The notes beneath the pieces are model-generated. The model saw nothing but the letters and a program-made list of their open reading frames with translations. It was not told the origin of the DNA and did no database searches. From contig OW569359.1 in assembly GCA_937625935.1 (NCBI GenBank), forward strand, positions 434,001 through 498,000: DNA of 64,000 bases, given 5' to 3'. This DNA comes from Tetramitus jugosus (taxonomy: Eukaryota; Protista; Heterolobosea). A program made the position numbers and the translations under genes. Position 1 is the stretch's first letter. Each line of letters starts with the position of its first letter. Below are positions 20,537-32,725 of the stretch, piece after piece.

Positions 20537-22918
20537 TCACATATCGAGGAGAAATTCTAATTGACCCACGTCTTCTTGTCGTTTTACGTAATGAGTTCGA
20601 ATCAGAGCAATGAGCCGTCGCAAGTGCAGTTCCATTCCACAATCAGATATGGTTGTCTTGAACAAGATGTCATCAGTGCAATTGTCGTCGCAATACTTTG
20701 CAAGACAATGTTCAATACTGAGTCGTACTTCCTCCTTTTCAGCTAATGTAAGACCCTCTGACTTTTCGAAAGCAGACTTTGCAAGCATTTCAATAATGAA
20801 GCGACACGCTACACCCACTGGTGCATCTTCTCCGTGACTCCTTTCAATATCCAAGGCGAAGCAGTCAACGAGCGAATCGATTCTGTGCCAGAAGTCAAGT
20901 AGTTTTAAAGATACAATCGATGGACAGTGAATGAGAGCAGTCATGGTTTCAATTGCATTTTGCTCGATACTAACCGAACGGTGATAAAAGTATCTGATGA
21001 ATGCTAAGCTTCGCAATTGATTCATGCGACGAGGAAAAATTGTTGGAGTATGGGGAATTGATACACTCTTGATGTTAGGGCAACAACGTAGTATCAAATC
21101 AAGGGATGAAGATTGAGTCATACAGGTAAGGGAGCGCAGCTTTGGACAATGCTCTAACATAGTATTGAGATGGTGTTGTTCATATCTATTGTAAGTAAAA
21201 TCCTCAAGATTCATGTGCCCATAGGACGTGTGCTCTGTTGTTGTTGGATTTGATGGGACATGTCCCCACATATTTCCACCACCGGTTACTGACAGTTTTT
21301 TCAGCTTCTCAGGCTGATGCTGTAGAACAGTGGGTATGGTTGAACTGTTACAATTGATGGATAATTCGGTTAATCCATGACAAAATGTCAATATGTTACT
21401 TAAGTCAATAGTTTCTATCGCGCGCTGAATTGTTAGTTGTTTCAGATTACGGCATGCGTCCACGACTTGGCTCACTGTAAGACCTGCTCTGAGCTCTCTG
21501 AACGATAAACTCTGAATATGACTAAGCAAGTGAAGCTCATAATCTCGGACTGCTAAATCACAATTCTTAGCCTGGAGTGATTTCACACGACTATTTCCAC
21601 ACACATCTCCAATGCCTATGAGCGGTATTTGATTGTATGAACTATGCTCACGTGTGAGGATAATTTCTTCTAAGACTGAAGGTGTTGTGCTTGAAGTAGA
21701 AGCAGCAGTAGAGGGAACTGTATACAGTCCTACTTTGATATTTAGACATCTCAATGAATCTCTCAGTGCATCTGTGATATGAGACACATGTTGATGCAAA
21801 TTGGTTGGAATCATGTCATGTTCGAGTATGAGAGTGGAAATTTTGGAACAACCATTAACCATCTCCACTATGCTATCATCAACAGAGGAGTTGTCCTGGC
21901 TACCCATGGGTACAATTGTTGTCACAAAACGAACGCTTTCCAGTTCCTTACAATGTTTCCCCAAGACTAAGAACAACTCTTCGGTGGCCGGGAGTGATTC
22001 AACCGACAAGGATCGAAGATTAGGCGACTTCCTACATAGTCTCTCCAGGAATCGACAATACAAGCTAGTTTGGTGATGATGGCCCTTGCGCCAGTGATGA
22101 TACTCAATTGTCTCTAAGCACGAATACTCAGCCAAAGTGTCATTCTGTTTCGTTTTTGCATCAAATAGGAGTTGTTCATAGGAAGTGATATACGTGCAGC
22201 TCAAGTCACGATGAACCACAGAAAACAACCTCAACTCCTTGAGTTGCTCACATGATTGCAAAACACCTTTCAGAATTTCTAGATCCACGATCGTACAATG
22301 TATAGACAGTGATTGTAGATTTTGGAGAATCTCTGGATCACAAGCGCACAGCTTTTTGAGCAAGTCATGAATAAACGTTGTATTTTCTAAAGAGCTCATA
22401 CCAACGAACTGAATGCTCCTGAATTGACACACCTTTATCAATTCATAGAGATACTTGAATTGAACATGGCTCAACGATTGATCACTATCTGTTTCCAGAG
22501 TCTCTCCAAGAAGTGTGTCCACTGTTTCTTCTGCTTCTTCTTCCTCGTCATCGTACTTCTTGTCACTTGTTGAGGTGTCTTGCTCCTGGCTTGTTGTTGT
22601 TTCTGCCTCCTGTTGCATCAGCACACTTCGATTAAACATGGCCTTGTTGCGCAAAACAATCTGAATTTTGTCATATTGCCAAAACTCTGAGGAATGAACT
22701 CGAAAGTACATGTGACTGTTCAACAAGGACAACAAGTAAAAGTAAAAGTAGACCGCAGAGAGAGAAGACTCTGCTGGCAAAGATGAAAATGAGTTATCGA
22801 ACAGAAAAGCTGCCACTTGATGATAAATCTCTGTTGGAAGATCATCGAAGCCACTACGTTGAACAACAACACTTGATTCATTGTCATTGCTATTGGGGTG
22901 CTCAAGTTCTTCAATCAT
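20537..22918 (-). CDS. F-box / RNI-like leucine-rich repeat protein
   Basis: F-box-like FDDLPTEIYHQVAAFL; repeats CPKLRSL, CRNLKQL and SPNLRSL. Confidence 0.75.
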   Translation of the reverse strand: MIEELEHPNSNDNESSVVVQRSGFDDLPTEIYHQVAAFLFDNSFSSLPAESSLSAVYFYFYLLSLLNSHMYFRVHSSEFWQYDKIQIVLRNKAMFNRSVLMQQEAETTTSQEQDTSTSDKKYDDEEEEAEETVDTLLGETLETDSDQSLSHVQFKYLYELIKVCQFRSIQFVGMSSLENTTFIHDLLKKLCACDPEILQNLQSLSIHCTIVDLEILKGVLQSCEQLKELRLFSVVHRDLSCTYITSYEQLLFDAKTKQNDTLAEYSCLETIEYHHWRKGHHHQTSLYCRFLERLCRKSPNLRSLSVESLPATEELFLVLGKHCKELESVRFVTTIVPMGSQDNSSVDDSIVEMVNGCSKISTLILEHDMIPTNLHQHVSHITDALRDSLRCLNIKVGLYTVPSTAASTSSTTPSVLEEIILTREHSSYNQIPLIGIGDVCGNSRVKSLQAKNCDLAVRDYELHLLSHIQSLSFRELRAGLTVSQVVDACRNLKQLTIQRAIETIDLSNILTFCHGLTELSINCNSSTIPTVLQHQPEKLKKLSVTGGGNMWGHVPSNPTTTEHTSYGHMNLEDFTYNRYEQHHLNTMLEHCPKLRSLTCMTQSSSLDLILRCCPNIKSVSIPHTPTIFPRRMNQLRSLAFIRYFYHRSVSIEQNAIETMTALIHCPSIVSLKLLDFWHRIDSLVDCFALDIERSHGEDAPVGVACRFIIEMLAKSAFEKSEGLTLAEKEEVRLSIEHCLAKYCDDNCTDDILFKTTISDCGMELHLRRLIALIRTHYVKRQEDVGQLEFLLDM

Positions 22919-23015
22919 CTTCTTTCTCTAAGTGTTCTTTAGTTTTTTGGGTGGTGAGAACTGGCCACACGAACTTCAATTCAAAGATTCACCTTTTTTT
23001 TAATGTTGTGCTGAG

Positions 23016-24269
23016 TCATGGCATTACTATCCGTTGTGTCTGGCAATGAGATTCTTGCTCGTTTGACCAAATCATGGCTTCAGCACTGTGCAACTGTGCG
23101 TCACAAATTTCATAGACATTGTAGCGAGGAACTCGCTTTTTCTTAGGGTCGTTTTGTGTACTACTGCCAGGATCCAAGTTCAGTGTTCTCTTTGCGTTGT
23201 GGTGATTGGGCAACCAACATGCATAATCGTGATGCGTGTGGCCATTTAACACCAAGTCAACACCGTGCCCGAAACAAAAGTTTTGAACGAGCTCCATGTC
23301 CTTCTTGTTCATTCCATGCATGAACTCATGATACTTGCTTTCAGGGTGTCTGTTCACAGGTGGATGATGCATCATCACAATCTTGTACACATTGGCAGTT
23401 GATTGTGTGGCCGCTAGTTCATCAAGCACTGTTTGAAGCAAATCACTTGCTTGTTGCATTTGAACTTGACCAATGTTGCCTCGTGCAACAAATGGCTTGG
23501 TAGGATAACCTGTATTGAGACCAAGAATGACAACATGCTGAGCAAATGAATCACCTGTAGAGTTCTCTTGTGACAATACTTTGATGTTTGGAAAGTATTG
23601 ATAGTAGCGGTGAAGAGAGGAAGCTTCACCACCAGTAGCCGTACTTGTTGTGCCCAAACAATCGCCAAATAGCTCTCCAAAGTAATCCTTTTCTATGGAC
23701 TCATGAGTATAGGTATCATGGTTACCAGGCACAATGGACACGTGCCTCCAAGCTTCATCCATGTTCCCCTGTGGTTGACTTGCCAAAGTTTTCGCTTGAG
23801 CTAAAGAAAAAGGAGTCAAGCGATCCAAAAAATGTTCATTGAGCAATTGTCGCACACGAGCAAACTCGTCATACAGTGAAATATTGGTAATATCACCAGT
23901 AATCAACAAGTGATCCATATTGGGAGCTTGTTGTTCCTTTTCCTTGAGCATGGCTTGTTCAAGGGCTTGTTGGAAGATTGGCACAGGATAGGCATCAGGG
24001 CCTCTGTTGTACTTGATGTTGAGGTATCCTTGAATTTGCTTGTAGTCTCTTAGACGATTATGTCGCAAAAAATGGAGAACAGAAGCTTTGCTACGAGTGA
24101 ACAAGTGTGGTTGCCAAACGTGGACATCACTCATGTGAGCAAAGCGTATCGTTGGAGCAGAATTGTTCTTGTGATTATTGGATGGGATCACATGTTGCTT
24201 GCAACTCTTGAGAAGCGAGTGCTGTATCGCATTGCGTTGTTGAAGCAGTAAAGCTCCAGTTTTGATCAT
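23016..24269 (-). CDS. Calcineurin-like metallophosphoesterase (CpdA/Icc-like), possible mitochondrial presequence
   Basis: HMSDVH, ITGD, PGNHD, HHPP and GHTH motifs. Confidence 0.88.
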   Translation of the reverse strand: MIKTGALLLQQRNAIQHSLLKSCKQHVIPSNNHKNNSAPTIRFAHMSDVHVWQPHLFTRSKASVLHFLRHNRLRDYKQIQGYLNIKYNRGPDAYPVPIFQQALEQAMLKEKEQQAPNMDHLLITGDITNISLYDEFARVRQLLNEHFLDRLTPFSLAQAKTLASQPQGNMDEAWRHVSIVPGNHDTYTHESIEKDYFGELFGDCLGTTSTATGGEASSLHRYYQYFPNIKVLSQENSTGDSFAQHVVILGLNTGYPTKPFVARGNIGQVQMQQASDLLQTVLDELAATQSTANVYKIVMMHHPPVNRHPESKYHEFMHGMNKKDMELVQNFCFGHGVDLVLNGHTHHDYACWLPNHHNAKRTLNLDPGSSTQNDPKKKRVPRYNVYEICDAQLHSAEAMIWSNEQESHCQTQRIVMP

Positions 24270-24407
24270 GATTGGCGCGTGGTTTTTGGTTTTGGCGCGA
24301 TTTTCGGGTTGTCGGAGTTGCGAAGAAGAGAGAAGAGCAGCACTACGGAGTTCTGAGTCGCGACCATAACAACGAATCTATTGACAAGCACTTGGGATTC
24401 TTTTCAA

Positions 24408-27400
24408 ATGGATAACTTTCAAATCTATGAAGAAATTGGAAGAGGTATGATGCACCGTTTCGTATGAACTTCCCATTGGAAGAATACCATGACATAACAT
24501 TGAACTGTTTTTTCCAATCCAGGCAAGTTCTCCATTGTTTATAAGGCTAGGAAGCGTAAAACGATACAATATGCTGCTGTCAAGTGCGTTGATAAGTTTC
24601 ACAAGCAAAAGGTTGTGAATGAAGTCAAGATATTGAACATGTTGGATCACCCTAATGTTCTCAAATTCTTCAATTGGTATGAAACAAGTAATCACTATTG
24701 GATCATTATCGAGTTTTGTTCTGGAGGAGATTTGATGAATCTATTGGCCCAAGATGGATCTCTTCCAGAAGAAACAGTTCATTTGTTTGGAACTGATTTA
24801 GTGAATGGTTTACAGTATGTAGTAAGAGCGAATGTCCTGTTATGTAATGAGTATATTAACCATTATGTTGGAAAAACAATCAAGAACTGTTCATGCCAAG
24901 GGCATTGTGTACTGTGATTTGAAACCATCAAATGTTCTGTTAGATGGTTCTGGTGTATTAAAGTTGAGTGATTTTGGATTGGCTCAACAAGTGAAGGAGA
25001 TTGAAGTAAATGCAGCCAAAAAGGACGGAAATGTAACAGCCGGTGGTCCTCCCAAGAGAGGAAGTCCTTGTTACATGGCGCCAGAGTTATTTCAAGGAGG
25101 TTTCTATTCTGTGTATTCCGATTTATGGTCTTTGGGTTGTGTATTATATGAGCTGGCATCAGGTTCTCCACCGTTCGTGGGTCAAACATTCGAAACGTTG
25201 GTTGATGCAATTTTAAATGAGGAAGTACAACCTCTATCAGGATGTAGTCCAGAATTTAATGATCTGATTCGAGGCCTGTTGCAGAAGCGGCCTAGCGACA
25301 GATATGGGTGGGATGTAGGTAACAGACTTATTTTTTGATAACTCAAACCATTATCTGAATTAATTCTTTTTCATTCAACAGATTTTAAGAGAGCACAAGT
25401 TTTGGAAGGAAAAGATTAGAGTGCCAACGACAGAAGAACGGAGATATCTTTTCCCTCCAATTCAACAAATTTCTTCGATGGGCAGGAGTGAAAAGAATAT
25501 AGAAGCAAAACAAAACGTTATGAGACTATCGAAGATTGTAAAATCGAACATTGAAAAGGAACGAGGGCCATCCTATGACAATAAGAATGTTTCATCTGAG
25601 GGTCATGATGCAGAATACAATTTTGACGAGTCCGAGGATGAAGTCGTGGATGATAGTGCAAAGGAAGAGTCGGATTATGAAGAAACCATAGAGGAGAATT
25701 CGGGTAAGTAACTTAGATTTTGGTATTTGGGTTTTGTTTCAATTAACTAACACTTAGTAGAGGTCGATGAGCCAGCGAGGCAAATAGCTCAAGTAGGAGG
25801 TCATACACGAATCAACTCCTCAGAGTCAGATTCTATTAGATCTTCTGTGAGCTCTCGTGTCGCAACAGAGTATTCACACACTGCGATCGTCAACGAAGCG
25901 AATGTCAAAATTTCATCATTTGAAACATCAATGGACTTGTTATTCACAGATTCCGACACTTATGTTAAGCCAATTATTTCAAACAGCAGAATAGAGAAAA
26001 TTCCTGAAACAAAATTCGAGAAGGATAAATTATCATTCTCCCCATACAGCTTGGATGATGTGCTAAAGATGCCCCAATCAGAGCTGGAGAAATATTTGAC
26101 ACTCGTGTATAAGTGTATAGGTGGTACGACTCCTGTTCCGAAAAAATTGAATACTCTATGTTACTTCGAAACTTTGTGTTCTGATGCTCAGTCTGCCAAC
26201 TTGTTCATCAACAGCTCTCTCATGAAATTGTTTGTCAAAATGTTGAAAAGTTACAAGTCACCCATGTTAAAATGTCGATTATGTTCTGTAATGGGATTGT
26301 TGATGCGACATGCCACATACATCTCCAGCGAGCTTCAAACCACTGGAATTTTTGAAGTTCTACTGGATCTCTTGAGCGAAAACAGTGTGAAAGTTAAAAG
26401 ACGAGCTGTATCATGTATCGGAGAGTTATTATTCTACATTGCATCACAGGATGAGAACAAAGATGAATCTTGGAATGATGTTCCATCAACTATAATCAAA
26501 GCTATTATAGATTCCTTAAAATCGACAGATGAAATAATTCAGCATTATTCAACGAAAACCATTGAAAATATAACTGCACAGAGTTTATATGCGTTGAAGT
26601 TCTCCACTTTAGAAACTGTTCAGAATATGGTTAAGATATTTACCAAGACTCAAAACGAGCATCTCAGGGGAAGCGCCATTTCATCGCTTGCTCGAATTAG
26701 CAAACATAAGAACTCACTTGCAATTCAAATCTTGGATCAACTTACCCCAAAGATTGTGGTCGCTTTATTGAAAGACAATAATGTCCGGGCACAACAATCA
26801 GTGTTGAACATTGTAAATATTGGATTGGTAGTCGACAGTACTGCCAAACAGTGCCAAAAAGTTGTTGAGAATGGATCATTTGCAGATTTTATCATGGACT
26901 TAATGGAATTCACTAGTGCAACATTGAGAGGAAAATCCATTATGACTTTCCATTTGATGTCTCGAGCTAATCCCTCATTCATTTTACAATGTTGTGAAAG
27001 TAGATTATGTGCACTTCTGGAAAGAATGTACAACAAAGAGAAGGATTCTTATGTACGAAAGTGTATGAGTTGTCTAATAGAATCGATTGGAAAATTGGTT
27101 CCTCCGCTTGTTGACTCAGCAGCTCAATCTCTGGAAAGAGGGACTCAACAACGACAAAAATCTCTGACTGTGGTCCTTCATATCATGACAACTCCTTGTA
27201 TTAGTCAAAGAGCTGTATCAATAGAATTCATTAACCATTTAGCTCGATGTATGCAAAACTTGGAAGTATCTGACCCATTCGAAGATTTTACAAAAACATT
27301 GCTCTTGATTATTGAAGCAGTTTCACAACAACAAACCGTGGTGAATCAACATAAGGCCATTACAGAATCTCTCCTTCCAAGTTTAGTCCACATGATTAAA

Positions 27401-28405
27401 TCGGAGAGTGGTGATATTAGATTCTTGTGTTTGAAGATATTTACAGACATCTTGGTCCGATACTTGAATGATGCCAATATATACAATTCTCAACACCCCA
27501 ATGACGGAGATTGCACACATGCGATTAATGAGTTTATCATCAAGTTGTTGCTTCCTAGATATAAGTTCATTTTGGAGGACCAAGATCCTATACCTCTCTA
27601 CGGTCTGAAATTGCTCAACAATATCGCTGAACACAATCCTGGATTCATTAATGTTATTCATAAGTTGGATCTAGTTCCCAAGTTGTTTGACTTTTTTGAG
27701 TTAGAACACCGAAACAACAATGTACATAATGTTCGACTTATTCTGAAAGTTATTGCTGCTGATGTATTGGAAGATGAATCAATGTATAATTTGGGATTGA
27801 TCGCCAAGTTAAATGCGGTTCTCTCCTATGCCTTCTCTAATGGAGTTGATACATTCTTTGAACCATGTCTTGGAATTGTCGATCACCTACTCTATCTTTC
27901 ATCTAGATTACTGCACAAGTGTCAAACTCAAACAGTAGATAAAACAATGAAAGAGAAAGCGAACAATATTCGGCAATGGAACGAATCTCTGCTGGACAAT
28001 ATCAGCGTCTATTTAGAATTGTGTTGTCACACTGATATCACTATTGCTGAAGCAAGTGCTCATGTACTGTTGTTATTGGCTCAGCAATACACCTCGATTC
28101 ATGATATTCTCACCTCGAAGGGCTTGGTTCTGTTACGAAAAGGATTGATGGAATACTTGAAGGTCAGTCAGTTGACCAACACATCTGATGTTGATTCGTC
28201 GTCAGATGCCCCGTCGGAGGACAAACACAGTGCAGGAGTGTATATTCTGAAGTTGTTGCTTCTAATACTGCAATCCTCTCCTCAATTTTCAACAAGAATA
28301 AGGAGCGATGACTTCCTCCCGAAAACAATATCACGGTTGGCATCAGAGAAACATGAAACCACCACTGCAATCACAGCCCAACAGCTTGACAAGCTCCTCC
28401 AATAA
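24408..28405 (+). CDS. ULK4: ULK4/RUNKEL kinase with C-terminal HEAT/ARM repeats; introns 24445..24522, 24815..24884, 25315..25381, 25704..25757/25760
   Basis: MDNFQIYEEIGRGKFSIVYKARKRKTIQYAAVK, FFNWYETSNHYW, YCDLKPSN, KRGSPCYMAPE, DTYVKPII and DQDPIPLYGLKLL. All four introns restore frame. Confidence 0.92.
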
Positions 28406-28540
28406 ATTATTGATGTGGTATGTCAATTGTAAAGTAGAAAAGGCTAATTGTGGTTTTAATCTTCTGGAGTTCGGAGTTTTCTTGTAGCTCCAGAATTTCA
28501 TCGAAGTAGAAAACGAACTAACAAAGAAGCAAAAGACAGC

Positions 28541-30202
28541 ATGAAACGTTTATTAGAAAGAGCTTGTGAAAGCAACAGTGAGTCCATAAAGAGAAAGCGA
28601 AGCACTGAAAGCGATCTCCCAGCTTTTGAAATTGGTTCTTTGTTGTGTAAGGACACTTGGTCCAATATTATTGAATTTTGTGACACCCCAGAATGGTTAC
28701 AATTGAGTTACACTTGCAAAGGGATCAATCAATTCAAATTTAATCGATTGTTCATGGTCAACAAGAAGAGAACTCTCAGGAGAGCTTTGGAGCCTGAAGA
28801 AGTGGAACACTACTTTCGATTGGCAAAAGGAACATTGTTCAATGTTGACTTGTACACCCATCCGTTTGTACTGGATGAACATTTTCAGTATTTGGAGGGC
28901 ATCCACACACTTGATATGAGTGATTGTGATCGAGTCACAGACAAGGCCTTCCCTCATTTGACTGGTATTCATACACTCGTTATGAGAGAGTGCAAGAATA
29001 TTACAGATAAGGCGCTTGTTCATTTGAAAGGTATTCATACACTCGATATGAAACTTTGTGGCCAAATCACAGGCAAAACATTTTGTCATTTGAGTGGTAT
29101 CCACACGCTCAGTGTGAGTCATTGCCATAGAATAAGAGACGATACTTTTTCTCATTTGAGTGGTATCCACTCACTCAACATGAGTTGTTGCACTCAGATT
29201 ACAGATGATGCGTTCCTTCATTTGACTGACATTCACACATTGGACATGAGTTGCTGTTCTCGAGTCACTGATGAGGCATTGACTTATTTGACTGGTATTC
29301 ACACACTTAAGATGAGTTCTTGTGATCGAATCACAGATGATGCATTTTCTAATTTGACGGGTATTCACGCTCTCAATGTGAGTCATTGTAAGAAAGTCAC
29401 AGACGATGCATTTCCTCATCTGATTGGCATTCACACACTTGATATAAGTGGTTGTGAGAATATCACAGATGAAGCATTCTCTTATTTAGGTGGTATTCAT
29501 ACACTCAATGTGAACTACTGCCGTGGCATTACCGACAATGCATTTACTCACTTGACTGGTATTCACACACTTGATATCGGTAGTTGTGATCAGATCACAG
29601 ACAGGGCGTTAGCTAGTTTGACCGGGATACACACTCTCGATATGAATCGTTGTAATCAAATTACAAATCAAGCCTTTTCTTATTTAAGTGGCATTCACAC
29701 ACTCAAGATGAGTCATTGCAACCAAATCACAGACGATGCATTTCCTCATTTGCTGGGTATTCACACGCTGGATATAAGTCATTGTAGTAAGATCACAGAC
29801 AACGCATTTCAGTATCTGCCTGGCATTCATACTCTTGATGTGAGTAATTGTGAACAAATCACGGATCGAGCCTTTTCATATTTGCCTGGCATTCACACAC
29901 TCAATATGAGCTATTGCAGTCAAGTCACAGACATGGCATTTCCTCCTTTGAGTGGTGTTCACACACTCAACATGAGAAACTGCAATCGAATTACAGACAA
30001 AGCATTTTCTTATTTGACTGACGTTCACACGCTTGAGATGAGTCTGAGCAAGGATGTCACAGAAAATATATTTCTTTGTTTGCCTGGCATTCGCACACTC
30101 TATGTGAATAGTTACAATCGAAGAGTGACAAAGGGAGCATATGCTAATTTGCTAACTTTTCCCAGAGTGTCTGTTTGTCATGAAGTCAGTCTTGATATTT
30201 GA
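28541..30202 (+). CDS. F-box-like domain plus 19 x 22-aa cysteine-containing LRR protein
   Basis: DTWSNIIEFC..LSYTCK F-box-like segment followed by (LxGIHTLDMSxCxQITDxAFxx)n. Confidence 0.88.
   Translation: MKRLLERACESNSESIKRKRSTESDLPAFEIGSLLCKDTWSNIIEFCDTPEWLQLSYTCKGINQFKFNRLFMVNKKRTLRRALEPEEVEHYFRLAKGTLFNVDLYTHPFVLDEHFQYLEGIHTLDMSDCDRVTDKAFPHLTGIHTLVMRECKNITDKALVHLKGIHTLDMKLCGQITGKTFCHLSGIHTLSVSHCHRIRDDTFSHLSGIHSLNMSCCTQITDDAFLHLTDIHTLDMSCCSRVTDEALTYLTGIHTLKMSSCDRITDDAFSNLTGIHALNVSHCKKVTDDAFPHLIGIHTLDISGCENITDEAFSYLGGIHTLNVNYCRGITDNAFTHLTGIHTLDIGSCDQITDRALASLTGIHTLDMNRCNQITNQAFSYLSGIHTLKMSHCNQITDDAFPHLLGIHTLDISHCSKITDNAFQYLPGIHTLDVSNCEQITDRAFSYLPGIHTLNMSYCSQVTDMAFPPLSGVHTLNMRNCNRITDKAFSYLTDVHTLEMSLSKDVTENIFLCLPGIRTLYVNSYNRRVTKGAYANLLTFPRVSVCHEVSLDI
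28889..30140 (+). repeat. 66-bp degenerate tandem coding repeat, ~19 units
   Basis: ggtattcacacactc...atcacagac recurs with 66-nt period. Confidence 0.9.
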
Positions 30203-30542
30203 TTCAGCTGAATCAATGATTTTTCATTCTGTAATACATCATTATTTATCCCCTCGTTGTATCTTCTACGGCCGCGTGGTTCCATAATGTTGACTACAAA
30301 AATGATAGATGACAAGTGTCGGATACCAATCATTCGAATTTCACACTGTCTTATACCTCGGATATCTTTCATTTCCAAGATGTCGAGAATTGGATCATTG
30401 ACACAATTCATGCAATTCCTACCGAAATGAAACCTCTCTTCATAATCTCGCCCGAGGGTACCCAATAAAACAGCTCCAATCCTATCACTCAACAACACAA
30501 ACCACAATCAACAATTCCACACATTTCAATTGTACGTGTAAC

Positions 30543-32465
30543 ATGAGCAACACAAACAATAATAATCTAGACCAATTAGCTGATGACGCCTGGTCTCACA
30601 TTCTGTCCTTCTTGAAAATGAAGCACATTATTCACAGGGCGACGCTCGTAAACAAGCGCCTGTACTCACTCATTACATGCGAGGATCCAACAGCGGCAAA
30701 CCAACTGTGGCACCTCGTGTGTAAACACCAGAGAGTCACAGTCACAATACCACAGTACAACTCTCCTGACTATTCAGATGAACAACTCTCTGTGCTGTCT
30801 AGAATGGGCATTCCTAAGATTACACTCAACAGACATTTTATCCATTCTTTGGGCGACGACCGTTGGCAGGAAACAATTGTAGACAAGAAACGTTTCATTG
30901 ACTATATGAGAGCAATTGGTCCAGTTGTGGAAGATTTGAATATTGCCTGTCAGACTCCTCTTCTCACATTGAAGGTTAGAAGAGAAAGTGACAACGATTA
31001 TGACCAGTATGACGAAGGTTGGGAACCATTTGAATTGACCGACGATGAGGAGTTGATTGAAAGAAATGATGAGTTGAACAAACAGCTAGATACCTTGCAG
31101 TTCCCACAACTGAAATACTTCATTTGTCAGTATGATAATTTTGAGTTGCATCATGTCTTTTTCAACGATGAGAATTGTAGTCAGTATCGACAAGTGTTCT
31201 TGGGAGATCCAAGGTTTGTTAACTTGGAGACATTTGAGGTCAGAGGAGATAATCGTGATCACGTAACTACAACTCTGGTGAACAGCCAAAGTACACTGAA
31301 GCATTTCAAAATGAGTTCATTTTCTTACAACAACAATCAGATCACAATGTTAGATACTTTGAGTTCGTGTCCGAAACTAGAGACAATGAACTTGATGACT
31401 GCGAATTGTACCTATACTCCTGGGTGCTTCAACGCTCTGAAATCATTGGATCTGTGTGCTACCTATAACACTTTCGTTGAACTTCTTGCAGCGGGATTCC
31501 CGCAACTAACTCGATTGTACCTACATGTTGATACTAGTTTTGTTCGTAATAGTGACGCATCTAGGATCAAACCACTACATTCCCTTGAGTATTTCGAGTT
31601 CTCTGATACTGACGTTGGAGGAAATGGTCATCTGTTGTTTGAGGCCATTAACCCGGGTCTAAAGGAGTTGGTCGTCAGCGATAACTCTTCTGACCGCAGA
31701 GTCTCTGGTATGATCGCACATCATGTGAAACATTTAACGAAAATCGAAAAGGCTACTCTCACACTTTCCTGGACGTATGAGGAATTGGAAGAATTTTTGA
31801 AACAGAATATCAATATGCATACATTGACATTGCATCAACATTCTCCTCCTATTTCCACGTTGGTACAGCTCACTCCCCAACTAAAAAGCTTGAGTCTGAA
31901 TTGTTTTGTGACATCAGATGACTTTAAGTTAGTACTCTCGAGCCTCCCACTTCTCAGAAAGTTGAGAATAGAAACTGAGATGTCCCTGGCAACAGTATCG
32001 TCCATTCTAGCAGAATACCCTGATACCAGTGTCACAATTTTGGAGGTTCAATCCAGAGCAGAGAGCATCACAGAGCCTTCTGAGCATAATCCAACAGGGA
32101 AAATGCATCAGTTCCCTGCTCTAGAAAAGCTATTGCTTGAGGTTTCGTACGACACAGTGAATGATTGGGTTCTCATGACTCTTGCATCACACCAAGTGAA
32201 TTCATTGACCATCCAGTTGTACAATTACTGGGGCAATGGCGTGACTTCAGTTCCATCTCTATCGGAAATAGTCAGGAGGGTAAAGATTGCCCTAGAGCAA
32301 ACGATTCCATCCGACTCGTTGTTGATCCCAGGAGAGGACCAGGAAAGACTACTTCAAGTCTATCAACACTTGTTCACGGATGAAACCACTCTGGCCAGTC
32401 ATTTGATCCACCTCCCAGCAGTTCGCAGTTTGCTGAGAACCTTCAAGCTCAAACAATTGCAATGA
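30543..32465 (+). CDS. F-box / RNI-like LRR protein
   Basis: LDQLADDAWSHILSFL..LVNKRLY F-box; FPQL/CPKL LRR units. Confidence 0.8.
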   Translation: MSNTNNNNLDQLADDAWSHILSFLKMKHIIHRATLVNKRLYSLITCEDPTAANQLWHLVCKHQRVTVTIPQYNSPDYSDEQLSVLSRMGIPKITLNRHFIHSLGDDRWQETIVDKKRFIDYMRAIGPVVEDLNIACQTPLLTLKVRRESDNDYDQYDEGWEPFELTDDEELIERNDELNKQLDTLQFPQLKYFICQYDNFELHHVFFNDENCSQYRQVFLGDPRFVNLETFEVRGDNRDHVTTTLVNSQSTLKHFKMSSFSYNNNQITMLDTLSSCPKLETMNLMTANCTYTPGCFNALKSLDLCATYNTFVELLAAGFPQLTRLYLHVDTSFVRNSDASRIKPLHSLEYFEFSDTDVGGNGHLLFEAINPGLKELVVSDNSSDRRVSGMIAHHVKHLTKIEKATLTLSWTYEELEEFLKQNINMHTLTLHQHSPPISTLVQLTPQLKSLSLNCFVTSDDFKLVLSSLPLLRKLRIETEMSLATVSSILAEYPDTSVTILEVQSRAESITEPSEHNPTGKMHQFPALEKLLLEVSYDTVNDWVLMTLASHQVNSLTIQLYNYWGNGVTSVPSLSEIVRRVKIALEQTIPSDSLLIPGEDQERLLQVYQHLFTDETTLASHLIHLPAVRSLLRTFKLKQLQ

Positions 32466-32725
32466 TTTGTTGAGAAACAGCAACAGAGGTTGTCATTTCA
32501 AGGGCCTCATGGGAAGTAAACATCTTTTTCTTATCTCTGTAAGTCCTTCCATTCAACGGTTCAACACAAAATTTTATATGAAATGTCCGCGCGACAACGT
32601 TGGAACATGATACTTCAGTTCTCCATGTGTGACACTTTTTGACACACCACAACTCACAACAACGGACGTGCATACCCATAACCAAACAACAAGCACAATT
32701 ACAAGCCATATTCCACTCGTGTAAA

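Noticed and set aside
28889-30140. Regularly spaced repeats resembling a CRISPR array
   Set aside because: They are 66-bp coding LRR units with no unique spacers and no cas genes.
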